Source of the DNA: Candidatus Cybelea sp.
GTDB taxonomy: Bacteria > Vulcanimicrobiota > Vulcanimicrobiia > Vulcanimicrobiales > Vulcanimicrobiaceae
NCBI GenBank assembly: GCA_036264815.1
Contig: DATAQH010000229.1
Location: 1 to 35,551, forward strand
Length of the DNA: 35,551 nucleotides
Reading direction: 5' to 3'
Numbering within the stretch: the stretch's first letter is position 1; each line of letters starts with the position of its first letter. Shown here piece by piece: positions 16,367 through 24,318 of this stretch. A program made the position numbers and the translations under genes. Below the pieces are notes generated by a model that saw only the letters and a program-made list of their open reading frames with translations, was not told the origin of the DNA and made no database searches.

Positions 16367-18631
16367 ATGACCTTTGACCCCCGACGCATCCGCGCAAGCA
16401 GATGGCGCTTGGGCATCATTCTTCCGCTCCTCGCGATGCTTCGGCTGAGCCTCGCGCCCGCGGTTGCCGCGCCCGCGCCCGCGGCTCCGAAGATTGTGTC
16501 CGTAGACATCACCGGCAACCTGCACGTTCCGACGTCGACGATCATGTCGGTGATCGCGGCGCGGCCGGGCCAACCCTACGATCCCAAGACCGTTCAGGAC
16601 GATCTCGCGCGTATCAACGCGCTCGGGTATTTCGCCGATATCGCGCCGCCGCTGGTACGCGCGCGCCCCAACGGTGTGGCCATCACGTATCGGGTCGTCG
16701 AGAATCCGGTCATTACGAAGATCGACTTCACCGGAAATCAGAAAGTGTCCAGCGACACGCTGTCGGCGTTGATGGACCTCTCCGTCGGTCAGGTTTTCAA
16801 CACGAATACTTTCCGGCAGGACGTACTGAAGATCAATAACTACTACGAGCGTATCGGCTACGGCGGCCAAGTGCCGACGCACGTCAAAGACATCAATCTC
16901 GACTCGAAGACCGGCGCCTTGACGCTGACGATTCAAGAAGGTTTGATCGTCAAGAACATCGAGATCGGCGGCGACCCCCTGCTCCCGCCGCAGCTGATTC
17001 TGCCGGCGCTGACGCTCAAAGAAGGCAGCGTTTATTCCGACGCCGTTCGCGACGCCGACGCAAAAGCGCTGCAGAAGCTCTACGAGAACCACTTCCACCT
17101 CGAGCTCGGAAACTTCGAAGGCGGCATCGTACCGTCGTCGATCGATCTCAAAGCCGGGACGGCGGACGTGAAGTACAATATCTACGTCGCACGCATCGAG
17201 GTCGTCGAGATCACCGGTAACACCCGAACGAAGGACAACGTCATCCGGCGCGAGCTGCGCGAACGCCCGGGCATGGTCCTCAATACGGATGCGATCAAGC
17301 GCGACTACGAGCGGCTCAACGCGCTGAACTTCTTCTCGAAGGTCGAGCCGGACATCAAGCCCGGACCAGACCCGAAGAAGCCGCAGGACGTTACGGTCGT
17401 CTGGCACGTCACCGAACAGCGTACCGCTTCGGCCTCGGTGGGCTTCGGGTATTCGGGCGGCCTGACGGGCCTGGGCCTCTACGCAACGCTTGGCCTGACC
17501 GATACGAACCTGCACGGCACCGGCAACTCCGCCGGAATTCAGTTTGAAGAAGGCGCCCGGACCGGTGTCGCCCAGCTCAATTTGTCGGTTCCCTACCTCG
17601 GCAATACCCCTCAGGGACAGCGCTACACCGCCGGCGGCTCGATCTTCTTCAACCATTCGACGTATTATTATCCGGTCTACAGCATCACCGGAAGCGGAAG
17701 CTCGATCGCGAGCAATCCCAACGTGCCGATCCCGGTCACGCTCTATCCGAGCTCGAGCTCGCAGCAGCTCGGGAACATCGTTGCGACCAGCACGTCCAGC
17801 TCCAACGGCGTCACCGGCAACGTCGGCCGCCGCCTCAGCGACTACACGATCCTATCGCTTGCGGTCACCGGAGAGAAGATCCGATACGACACGAACGTGC
17901 CGTCACCGTACTACTTCCAAGGTAATCAGCCGAACATCTTCGTCGGGCCGTCGCCCTCGCCGATCAGTTCTACGCCCAATCAGTACGGCGGCTCCTTCGG
18001 TATCGCGGCGGCTTCGATCGCCAACGTCAACACGGGCTCGCCGTACAACCTCATCACGACCGGATTGAGCTTGCAGTCGATCACGCTCGACGATCCGTTC
18101 AACCCGCGCGAGGGTGTGAAGGCGCTCCTCAACTCGACCTTATCGACGCCGACGTTCGGCTCGAATTTCTCTTTCACGCAGAGCACGATCGATCTGGCGA
18201 AGTTCTTCCCGATTCTGCGGGACGCCACCATCGGCGTTCACGGCGTCGGGTACGTATCGACCGGTATCATTCCGCCGAGCTCGCTGTTTACGTTCTCGGA
18301 CCAGCAGATGCGCGGCTATAACCAAGTCTTTTACGCGACCAATGCGTACCTCGGTCAGATCGAACTGCGCCAGCCGCTGGCGCTCGACCGCCGTATTACG
18401 CTCGCGTTCTTCGTCGACGAACTCGACTATCGAATCCGGGGAGCCTATCCGCTGCTCAATCCGTACACCAACCGGATCACCGGGTACCCGTCGGACTGGG
18501 CACTTTTAGGCGACGCCGGCGCGGGCATCCGCTTCGACGTGCCGCAGCTGGGCCTGCGCACGGTGCGCATCGATTTTGCCAAGGGTCTCTACGGTACGCA
18601 CACCAGCTTCGGAATCGGGCAAAGCTTCTAG
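16367..18631 (+). CDS. bamA: Outer membrane protein assembly factor BamA (Omp85)
   Basis: 754-aa ORF with a signal peptide and repeated POTRA-type units (KIVSVDITGN..., ITKIDFTGNQKVS..., VKNIEIGG..., IEVVEITGNTRTKDNVIRREL). C-terminal barrel ends in GIGQSF, a terminal-Phe beta-signal, followed by TAG. Confidence 0.92.
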   Translation: MTFDPRRIRASRWRLGIILPLLAMLRLSLAPAVAAPAPAAPKIVSVDITGNLHVPTSTIMSVIAARPGQPYDPKTVQDDLARINALGYFADIAPPLVRARPNGVAITYRVVENPVITKIDFTGNQKVSSDTLSALMDLSVGQVFNTNTFRQDVLKINNYYERIGYGGQVPTHVKDINLDSKTGALTLTIQEGLIVKNIEIGGDPLLPPQLILPALTLKEGSVYSDAVRDADAKALQKLYENHFHLELGNFEGGIVPSSIDLKAGTADVKYNIYVARIEVVEITGNTRTKDNVIRRELRERPGMVLNTDAIKRDYERLNALNFFSKVEPDIKPGPDPKKPQDVTVVWHVTEQRTASASVGFGYSGGLTGLGLYATLGLTDTNLHGTGNSAGIQFEEGARTGVAQLNLSVPYLGNTPQGQRYTAGGSIFFNHSTYYYPVYSITGSGSSIASNPNVPIPVTLYPSSSSQQLGNIVATSTSSSNGVTGNVGRRLSDYTILSLAVTGEKIRYDTNVPSPYYFQGNQPNIFVGPSPSPISSTPNQYGGSFGIAAASIANVNTGSPYNLITTGLSLQSITLDDPFNPREGVKALLNSTLSTPTFGSNFSFTQSTIDLAKFFPILRDATIGVHGVGYVSTGIIPPSSLFTFSDQQMRGYNQVFYATNAYLGQIELRQPLALDRRITLAFFVDELDYRIRGAYPLLNPYTNRITGYPSDWALLGDAGAGIRFDVPQLGLRTVRIDFAKGLYGTHTSFGIGQSF

Positions 18632-18662
18632 GCGTCCCGGGGCGAAGCTCCAGAGAAGGAAG

Positions 18663-19466
18663 ATGAAAACTCGATCAATTATTCTCAGCGCCGCCGCGTT
18701 GCTGCTGGCGGCCTCGCTTATGCCGGGTGCCATAGCGGCCGACCTCACCGACGTCGCGTACGTCGATCAGGCCGACGTCGCCAACCTGCCCGTCTTTTTG
18801 AGCGCAAATCGTCAGCTCGCCGGGTTCAAGGCTCAGATGGACGCGCAGTATAACTCGCAGATCGCCCACGCCAGATCCGATGCCGACAAGCAGCGGATAA
18901 CGATGCAGTTTCAGCAGCAGCTCAACGACAAGCAGCGCGAAGTCGTCGGGCCGCTTTTCCAGCGAGTGCAGCTGGCGATCGCGGCGGTTGCCGCGGCGCA
19001 CAACGTCTCGGTCGTCGTCGACAAGCGAATCGTGATTTACGGCGGCCAAGACGTCACCAAAGACGTCGAGACGATTTTCTCAAGCCCGCAGGCGGTCTCT
19101 CCGCCGGCGGCCTCCCCGCCGCCGTCGGAGATCGGTTTTGTCGACCAAAGCGCGCTCGACGGAATTCCGAAGGTGCAGGCGGCGAATCAGCAGATGTCGC
19201 AGTTCGAGAGTACGCAGCGACAGCTCTACGCCGCGAAGATGGACTTGGCGAAGGGCAACGGCGACAAGCAGCAAGTCCTCACGGCCTATAACAAGTCGAT
19301 ATCCGACAAGCAGGATCAGCTGCTCAAACCGCTGGTCGACGCGACAAAATCGGCAACCGCCGACGTCGCGCGCAAAAAGAACCTGCTGCTCGTCGTCGAT
19401 CGTGCCGATGTCGTTTATGGAGGCACGGACATCACCACGGATGTCCAGAATGAGCTCTCGAAATAG
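18663..19466 (+). CDS. Periplasmic chaperone, tandem (duplicated) OmpH/Skp-like protein
   Basis: ATG 18663 after GAAGGAAG, with signal peptide MKTRSIILSAAALLLAASLMPGAIA. Two OmpH-like modules are joined by a proline-rich linker (SPPAASPPPSE). Each module starts (V)A/GYVDQ... and ends ...VVVDKRIVIYGGQDVTKDV or ...LLVVDRADVVYGGTDITTDV. Confidence 0.8.
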   Translation: MKTRSIILSAAALLLAASLMPGAIAADLTDVAYVDQADVANLPVFLSANRQLAGFKAQMDAQYNSQIAHARSDADKQRITMQFQQQLNDKQREVVGPLFQRVQLAIAAVAAAHNVSVVVDKRIVIYGGQDVTKDVETIFSSPQAVSPPAASPPPSEIGFVDQSALDGIPKVQAANQQMSQFESTQRQLYAAKMDLAKGNGDKQQVLTAYNKSISDKQDQLLKPLVDATKSATADVARKKNLLLVVDRADVVYGGTDITTDVQNELSK

Positions 19467-20751
19467 TGCCGCGGCATTGCTTGGCATGCTAACGACGCTC
19501 GGAGCCGCCGCGGTTTTGCCGTCGGGCTGCGGTGTCAACGTTCACTCGGCCGCCATCCGCGGTACCGGCTACGTCCGCCTCGACGAAGCCGTCAAACGCC
19601 ACCCGCTCTATCCCCAGTTGTCGCAGGTCGACGACGCGATTGCGGCGATCACCCTTCAGTCTTCCGGCCCCCACGTACCGCTGACCGCGCGGCAGATCAC
19701 CGCGCAGACGGGGGAGCTCAATCGGGAGCTGCGGGCCGCGCAGGACCGCGCCAACAAAATCCTGGCGCAAAAGCAGCGCGACTACACGCGCCGCGAGCAG
19801 CAAGCCGTGGCGTCCGCGCTGGCTGCTGCGGGGGTCTCGGGGGCGGGCGCACTCGCCGCGCAGCAGATGAGCGGCGCATCGGCCGTCCAGGCGCAGCAGG
19901 CTGCCCAGAGCGCGAGCGCCGACCTTCAGGCCTATCAGCAGAACGTCATCTCGCAAGACAATGCGGCCACCAATTCGATCGCCAATCAGCTCGAGACGCA
20001 AGCCGCGCAGAAGTATCGCGCCAAGGCCGAACAGCTGCAGCAGAACGAGACCGATCTGTCGCTGCGTCTCACGCAACAGGATGCCGGCGCGCGCTTAGCG
20101 ATCAAGATGCGGCTCTCAAATCTCGCCATGGACCCGGAGGCTCGCAAACAGGCGCAGCAGCAGCTCGCGGCCATCAATGCGAAGGAGGAGGCGCAAGTCA
20201 ATACCCTGCGCGGCAGCGATGCGGCCGCGTTGCGCGCCTACAAGGCGCAGTTGGATCGCCAAACCTCCGACGCGATCCACTCGCAGGTCGGAACGATCAC
20301 CGCCCAAACCAAGGCGAAGCTCGAAGAGCACCGCAGCGAGCTCGGATCGCAGCTGCGCAGTCTGGCACCGGCTACGGCCTCTCCGAACCTTTCGCCGGGC
20401 GTGCGCGCGCAGATCGCCAAGATTGCGCGGCAGTACGCGACCCAGTTCCAAGCCGACGCCGGCAAGACGCTTGCCGAATATAACGCCACGAAAGCCGATC
20501 TCGACCGCCAGTTCGCGGCCATTCACGGGGCCGACGTCGGAGCGACCGGAGCGGCCGCCAAGGAACTCAACTCACTGCAGAAGCGCCGCACCGAACTGTA
20601 CGGGCAGATCGTCGGTCAGGTCGAGCGCGACGCGGCCCGCGTCGCGAAGGATCGCGGGCTCAGCATCGTTTTCGTTAACGTTTGGGCCGCCGCCGGCGGA
20701 TACGACATGACATCCCAAGTCATCAGCGACGTTGAAAGCCAACACGAGTGA
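19441..20751 (+). CDS. OmpH/Skp-like lipoprotein with a greatly extended Q/A-rich coiled coil (~435 aa)
   Basis: Real start probably ATG 19441 or 19450; the ORF-track start 19138 overlaps the previous gene out of frame. Signal peptide with lipobox-like VLPSGC. N-terminal GYVRLDEAV strand and C-terminal RGLSIVFVNVWAAAGGYDMTSQVISDV match the OmpH body. About 350 residues of heptad-like Q/A/K/E-rich sequence lie in between. Confidence 0.7.
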   Translation: MSRMSSRNSAAALLGMLTTLGAAAVLPSGCGVNVHSAAIRGTGYVRLDEAVKRHPLYPQLSQVDDAIAAITLQSSGPHVPLTARQITAQTGELNRELRAAQDRANKILAQKQRDYTRREQQAVASALAAAGVSGAGALAAQQMSGASAVQAQQAAQSASADLQAYQQNVISQDNAATNSIANQLETQAAQKYRAKAEQLQQNETDLSLRLTQQDAGARLAIKMRLSNLAMDPEARKQAQQQLAAINAKEEAQVNTLRGSDAAALRAYKAQLDRQTSDAIHSQVGTITAQTKAKLEEHRSELGSQLRSLAPATASPNLSPGVRAQIAKIARQYATQFQADAGKTLAEYNATKADLDRQFAAIHGADVGATGAAAKELNSLQKRRTELYGQIVGQVERDAARVAKDRGLSIVFVNVWAAAGGYDMTSQVISDVESQHE

Positions 20752-21155
20752 AAAAGAATAGATACTTCATCGTCATCGCACTTGCAGCGATGCTCGCCGG
20801 CTGCGCGACGCACAGCCAGATCGGGCTGGTGGACGTGCAGCGAATCGTAAGCAACTGGCCCGAGTACCAAGGCTATCAAAACCAACTGGTCTCCGAAGAG
20901 CGGTCGATCGCCTCGCGACGAGAGAGCGCCGGTCGCCGAGCGCGCGATACGGTTGCGTTGGAGCGCAAATATGCAAAGATCACCGATCAGCTCTCGCAGC
21001 AGATTCGCGACGCCGCCGGGAAGATCGCCGCGAACGGCCAGATGAAGCTCGTGTTGACTCGCGAGGGCATCGGCTACGGCGGCACGGACATCACCAGCGA
21101 CGTCGAAAAGTCGCTGAACATAACGGAGAAGGCTACTCCCACACCGGGAGTCTAG
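20748..21155 (+). CDS. Small OmpH/Skp-like lipoprotein
   Basis: 135-aa ORF with GTGA overlap onto the previous stop. Lipobox AAMLAGC. IGLVDVQRIVSNWPEY...MKLVLTREGIGYGGTDITSDVEKSL matches the OmpH pattern. Confidence 0.8.
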   Translation: MKKNRYFIVIALAAMLAGCATHSQIGLVDVQRIVSNWPEYQGYQNQLVSEERSIASRRESAGRRARDTVALERKYAKITDQLSQQIRDAAGKIAANGQMKLVLTREGIGYGGTDITSDVEKSLNITEKATPTPGV

Positions 21156-21162
21156 CGATCCC

Positions 21163-22185
21163 GTGCTCGGCACGCTGGAGGACCTTGCGCGGCGCGTCGG
21201 CGGCCGCGTCGTCGGCGACGGCGGCGTGCCGATCGAAACGATCGCGAGCATCGACGACGCCCGGCCGGGTGCGCTGACTTTTGCAACTTCCCCAGCGTAT
21301 CTCGCCGCGGCGTGTCGCAGCGCCGCGACGGCGGTTTTGATCGACGAGTCGCTGGCACAAACCCCCGCTCCAAAGCCGTTGCTCGTGGTCGAGAACGCGC
21401 GTCAGGCGTTAGCAGCGCTCCTCGAGAGTCTACGCGCACCGCGGCCGCGCGGCCCGTTCCGGCACCCGGCGGCATTCGTCGCGGCGGACGCTGCGCTCGC
21501 ACAAGACGTTTACGTCGAAGCCCACGCCTACGTCGGCAGCGGCGTCTCGATCGGAAAAGGGAGCGTCGTCGGCGCCGGCGCCTATATCGGAGACGGGAGC
21601 GTCCTAGGCGAGTCGGTTTGGATGAAGGCGAATGCGAGCCTGATGCCGGGCTGCGTCGTCGGCGATCGGGTCGTCCTGCATTCCGGCTGCGTCATCGGCA
21701 GCGACGGCTTCGGTTGGACGTTCGTAGATGGCCGCGCCGAACGAATTCCGCAGGTTGGCAACGTGGTGCTGGAAGAGGACGTCGAGATCGGGGCCAACAC
21801 CTGCGTCGACCGGGCTCAGACGGGCTCGACGGTCATCGGCGCCGGAACGAAGATCGACAACTTAGTTCAGATCGGGCACAACTGCCGGATCGGAAAGCAC
21901 TGTGTCATCGCGTCGTTGACCGGGCTGGCGGGCTCCACCGCGATCGGAGACTACGTCCGAGTCGGGGGACAAGTCGGATTCAAAGGGCACATCACGGTGG
22001 GCTCGGGCGTAACGATCGCGGGTCATACCGGCGTCTGGCACGACATCGAAGACGGCGCGACGATCTCGGGTCAGCCCGCGCAGAATCACCGCGACGAGCT
22101 GCGGCGACAGGTCATGATTCGCAAGCTGCCAAAGCTGTTCGATCGTGTCGACGCCCTGGAGCGCTCGTCCTCAAGAAAAAACTAA
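21163..22185 (+). CDS. lpxD: UDP-3-O-acylglucosamine N-acyltransferase
   Basis: 340-aa ORF. N-terminal LpxD-type domain (LEDLARRVGGRVVGDG...ASIDDARPGALTF) followed by hexapeptide left-handed beta-helix repeats and a C-terminal helix. Confidence 0.92.
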   Translation: MLGTLEDLARRVGGRVVGDGGVPIETIASIDDARPGALTFATSPAYLAAACRSAATAVLIDESLAQTPAPKPLLVVENARQALAALLESLRAPRPRGPFRHPAAFVAADAALAQDVYVEAHAYVGSGVSIGKGSVVGAGAYIGDGSVLGESVWMKANASLMPGCVVGDRVVLHSGCVIGSDGFGWTFVDGRAERIPQVGNVVLEEDVEIGANTCVDRAQTGSTVIGAGTKIDNLVQIGHNCRIGKHCVIASLTGLAGSTAIGDYVRVGGQVGFKGHITVGSGVTIAGHTGVWHDIEDGATISGQPAQNHRDELRRQVMIRKLPKLFDRVDALERSSSRKN

Positions 22186-22218
22186 GGCACCTCCGAAGAG
22201 GCCCGCGTACCGAATCCG

Positions 22219-23058
22219 ATGATGCAAGCGACGCTTCGCGAGAAGCTCTTCTTCGAGGGCGTCGGCCTTCACACCGGAGCGCCGTGTCGCGTCGAGCTGC
22301 GCCCGGCAGCGGCGGACGCGGGCCTGTACTTCGTCGCCGGCGGGGTCCAGATTCCCGCCACGGTCGAATACGTGGTCGACACGACCCGCGCGACCGTTAT
22401 CGGCCGCGACGGCGTGAGCATCTCGACGACCGAACATCTCCTCTCCGCGCTTTTCGCGATGGGAGTGGCAAACTGTGAAATCCTCGTCGAAGGACCCGAA
22501 ATACCGGTCTGCGACGGAAGCGCCTCGCACTTCGTTGCGGCGATCGACGGCTGCGGTTTAGAGACGCAATCTCAAGAACGCAGGCGGTTGGAACTCTCCG
22601 AACCGCTCTTCGTGCGCGACGGCGACAAGCTGATCGCCGCGCTCCCGTCGCCTTCTTGGCGAGTGCGATTCATCGCCGATTTCCCCGAACCGATCGGCAC
22701 CCAATACTTTAGCAGCGAGATCGACGAGAGCGGATACCGCGACGAGATCGCGGGCGCCCGTACCTTCGGATACTTGCACGAAGTGCAGGCGCTCTTGGAG
22801 CGAGGCTTGGCGCGCGGCGGAAGCCTGGACAACGCGCTGGTCTTTGGACCCGACGGCCCGATGCAGCCGCTGCGCTGGCCCAACGAGGCCGTCCGGCACA
22901 AGGTGCTCGATCTGATCGGCGACCTCGCGCTGCTCGGGGCGTGGCCGCAGTGCGAGATCGTTGCGGTTAAGAGCGGACACGGGCTGCACTGCACGATCAC
23001 CAACGTCCTACGTACGCAACTGCGCGTACTGTCTGCCGAGGAGAGCACGATTGGCTGA
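22219..23058 (+). CDS. lpxC: UDP-3-O-acyl-N-acetylglucosamine deacetylase
   Basis: 279-aa ORF. QATLREKLFFEGVGLHTGAPCRVELRPA, STTEHLLSAL, HKVLDLIGDLALLG, and GHGLH are LpxC hallmarks. Confidence 0.92.
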   Translation: MMQATLREKLFFEGVGLHTGAPCRVELRPAAADAGLYFVAGGVQIPATVEYVVDTTRATVIGRDGVSISTTEHLLSALFAMGVANCEILVEGPEIPVCDGSASHFVAAIDGCGLETQSQERRRLELSEPLFVRDGDKLIAALPSPSWRVRFIADFPEPIGTQYFSSEIDESGYRDEIAGARTFGYLHEVQALLERGLARGGSLDNALVFGPDGPMQPLRWPNEAVRHKVLDLIGDLALLGAWPQCEIVAVKSGHGLHCTITNVLRTQLRVLSAEESTIG

Positions 23059-23524
23059 ACTCGATATCCGTCAGATCTTCGAAATTTTACCGCATCGGTA
23101 CCCAATGCTTCTCGTGGATCGCATCCTCGAGTTCGAACACATGGTCCACGTGCGCGGCTATAAGAACATTACGTACAACGAACAGATATTCGCCGGGCAC
23201 TTTCCCGGCAATCCCGTGTTGCCGGGCGTGTACATGATCGAAGCGCTCGCGCAGCTCGGCGGCGCGATGATTCTCGAACCCGGCGAATTCTCTCGCAAAA
23301 CGCCGTATCTCGCCGGCATCGACAAAGCGAAGTTTCGGCGACCCGTCGTTCCCGGCGACCGATTGGATATGGAAGTGACGATGCTGCGCCACAAGCGCAA
23401 CATCGGCTGGGTCAATGCGGAAGCGACCGTCGACGGTCAGTTCGCGTGTTCGGCGGAGATCATGTTTTCGATCGTCTCCGACCCGCGAATGTTTGGCGTC
23501 GACTCCACCGTGCTGCACGTCTAG
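23051..23524 (+). CDS. fabZ: 3-hydroxyacyl-ACP dehydratase FabZ
   Basis: TTG start at 23051 overlapping the lpxC stop. DIRQIFEILPHRYPMLLVDRILEF, NEQIFAGHFPGNPVLPGVYMIEALAQ. About 157 aa, the usual FabZ size. Confidence 0.92.
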   Translation: MAELDIRQIFEILPHRYPMLLVDRILEFEHMVHVRGYKNITYNEQIFAGHFPGNPVLPGVYMIEALAQLGGAMILEPGEFSRKTPYLAGIDKAKFRRPVVPGDRLDMEVTMLRHKRNIGWVNAEATVDGQFACSAEIMFSIVSDPRMFGVDSTVLHV

Positions 23525-23538
23525 GGCGAGGCCTTCCC

Positions 23539-24306
23539 ATGCTGCATCCCAGCGCGATCGTTCATCCGAGCGCCGAGATTGGAAAGTACGCCGAGATTGG
23601 GCCGTTCTGCATCGTCGGCGAGCACGTCGTGATCGGAGCGCGGACGGTCTTGCAGGCGCACGTCGTCGTCAACGGCTGGACGAAGATCGGCGACGATTGT
23701 CAGCTGTATCCGTTTTCGACCGTCGGCGCTGCGTCGCAGGATCGCAAGTACGCCGGGGAGCGCGCCTACACTCGAATCGGCAGCCGCACCACGCTGCGCG
23801 AATACGTCAGCATTCAGCGTGCGACCGGGCAAGACCAGGTGACGGCAGTCGGCGACGATTGTCTCTTGCTGGCCTACGTTCACATCGCACATAATTGCGT
23901 TTTGGGCAACGGCGTAACGATGAGCAATCTCGCGCAGCTCGCCGGCCACGTGCAGGTCGCGGATTACGTTACGATCGGCGGACAGACCGGCATTCATCAG
24001 TTCACGCGGGTCGGACGCCACGCGATGGTCGGCGGGATGAGCAAGCTGACAAAAGACGTGCCGCCTTTCTTCCTCGTCGAAGGGAACCCGTGCCAGCCGT
24101 ACGGACTCAACAGCGTCGGGCTTCGCCGCGCGGCCTTCTCGGCCGAAGATCGTCAAGAGATCAAGCGCTTTTATAAGCTCCTATACGATCCGAAGCTCAA
24201 CGTTTCGCAAGCGACCGAGGCGATGAAGGCGGAGGTAATGACGGATCCGGGGCGCGAGATCATCGCGTTCCTCGAGGCGCCGTCGGAGCGCGGCGTCCTC
24301 AAATAG
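23539..24306 (+). CDS. lpxA: Acyl-ACP--UDP-N-acetylglucosamine O-acyltransferase
   Basis: ATG 23539. MLHPSAIVHPSAEIGKYAEIGPFCIVGEHV hexapeptide repeats, and GNPCQPYGLNSVGLRRAAFS...FYKLLY C-terminal helical domain. Ends at TAG 24304-24306. Confidence 0.92.
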   Translation: MLHPSAIVHPSAEIGKYAEIGPFCIVGEHVVIGARTVLQAHVVVNGWTKIGDDCQLYPFSTVGAASQDRKYAGERAYTRIGSRTTLREYVSIQRATGQDQVTAVGDDCLLLAYVHIAHNCVLGNGVTMSNLAQLAGHVQVADYVTIGGQTGIHQFTRVGRHAMVGGMSKLTKDVPPFFLVEGNPCQPYGLNSVGLRRAAFSAEDRQEIKRFYKLLYDPKLNVSQATEAMKAEVMTDPGREIIAFLEAPSERGVLK

Positions 24307-24318
24307 ATCGAGTTCTCG

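Noticed and set aside
18629-18631. Genome-wide reassignment of TAG to a sense codon, as an explanation for the in-frame TAGs at maf/mreC, lpxA/lpxB and inside the DUF3084-like gene.
   Set aside because: TAG ends BamA directly after the obligatory terminal Phe (GIGQSF-TAG). It also closes nadD, two of the OmpH genes, fabZ, the ligase-like gene, lptB and others at natural C-termini. Roughly a third of the genes here stop with TAG, so it is a functional stop. Any read-through would have to be local.
19138-19440. Upstream extension of the coiled-coil OmpH-like ORF (ORF-track start 19138).
   Set aside because: It overlaps the second OmpH module of the preceding gene in another frame and translates to Arg/Ser-rich junk. 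The signal peptide begins at 19441/19450.
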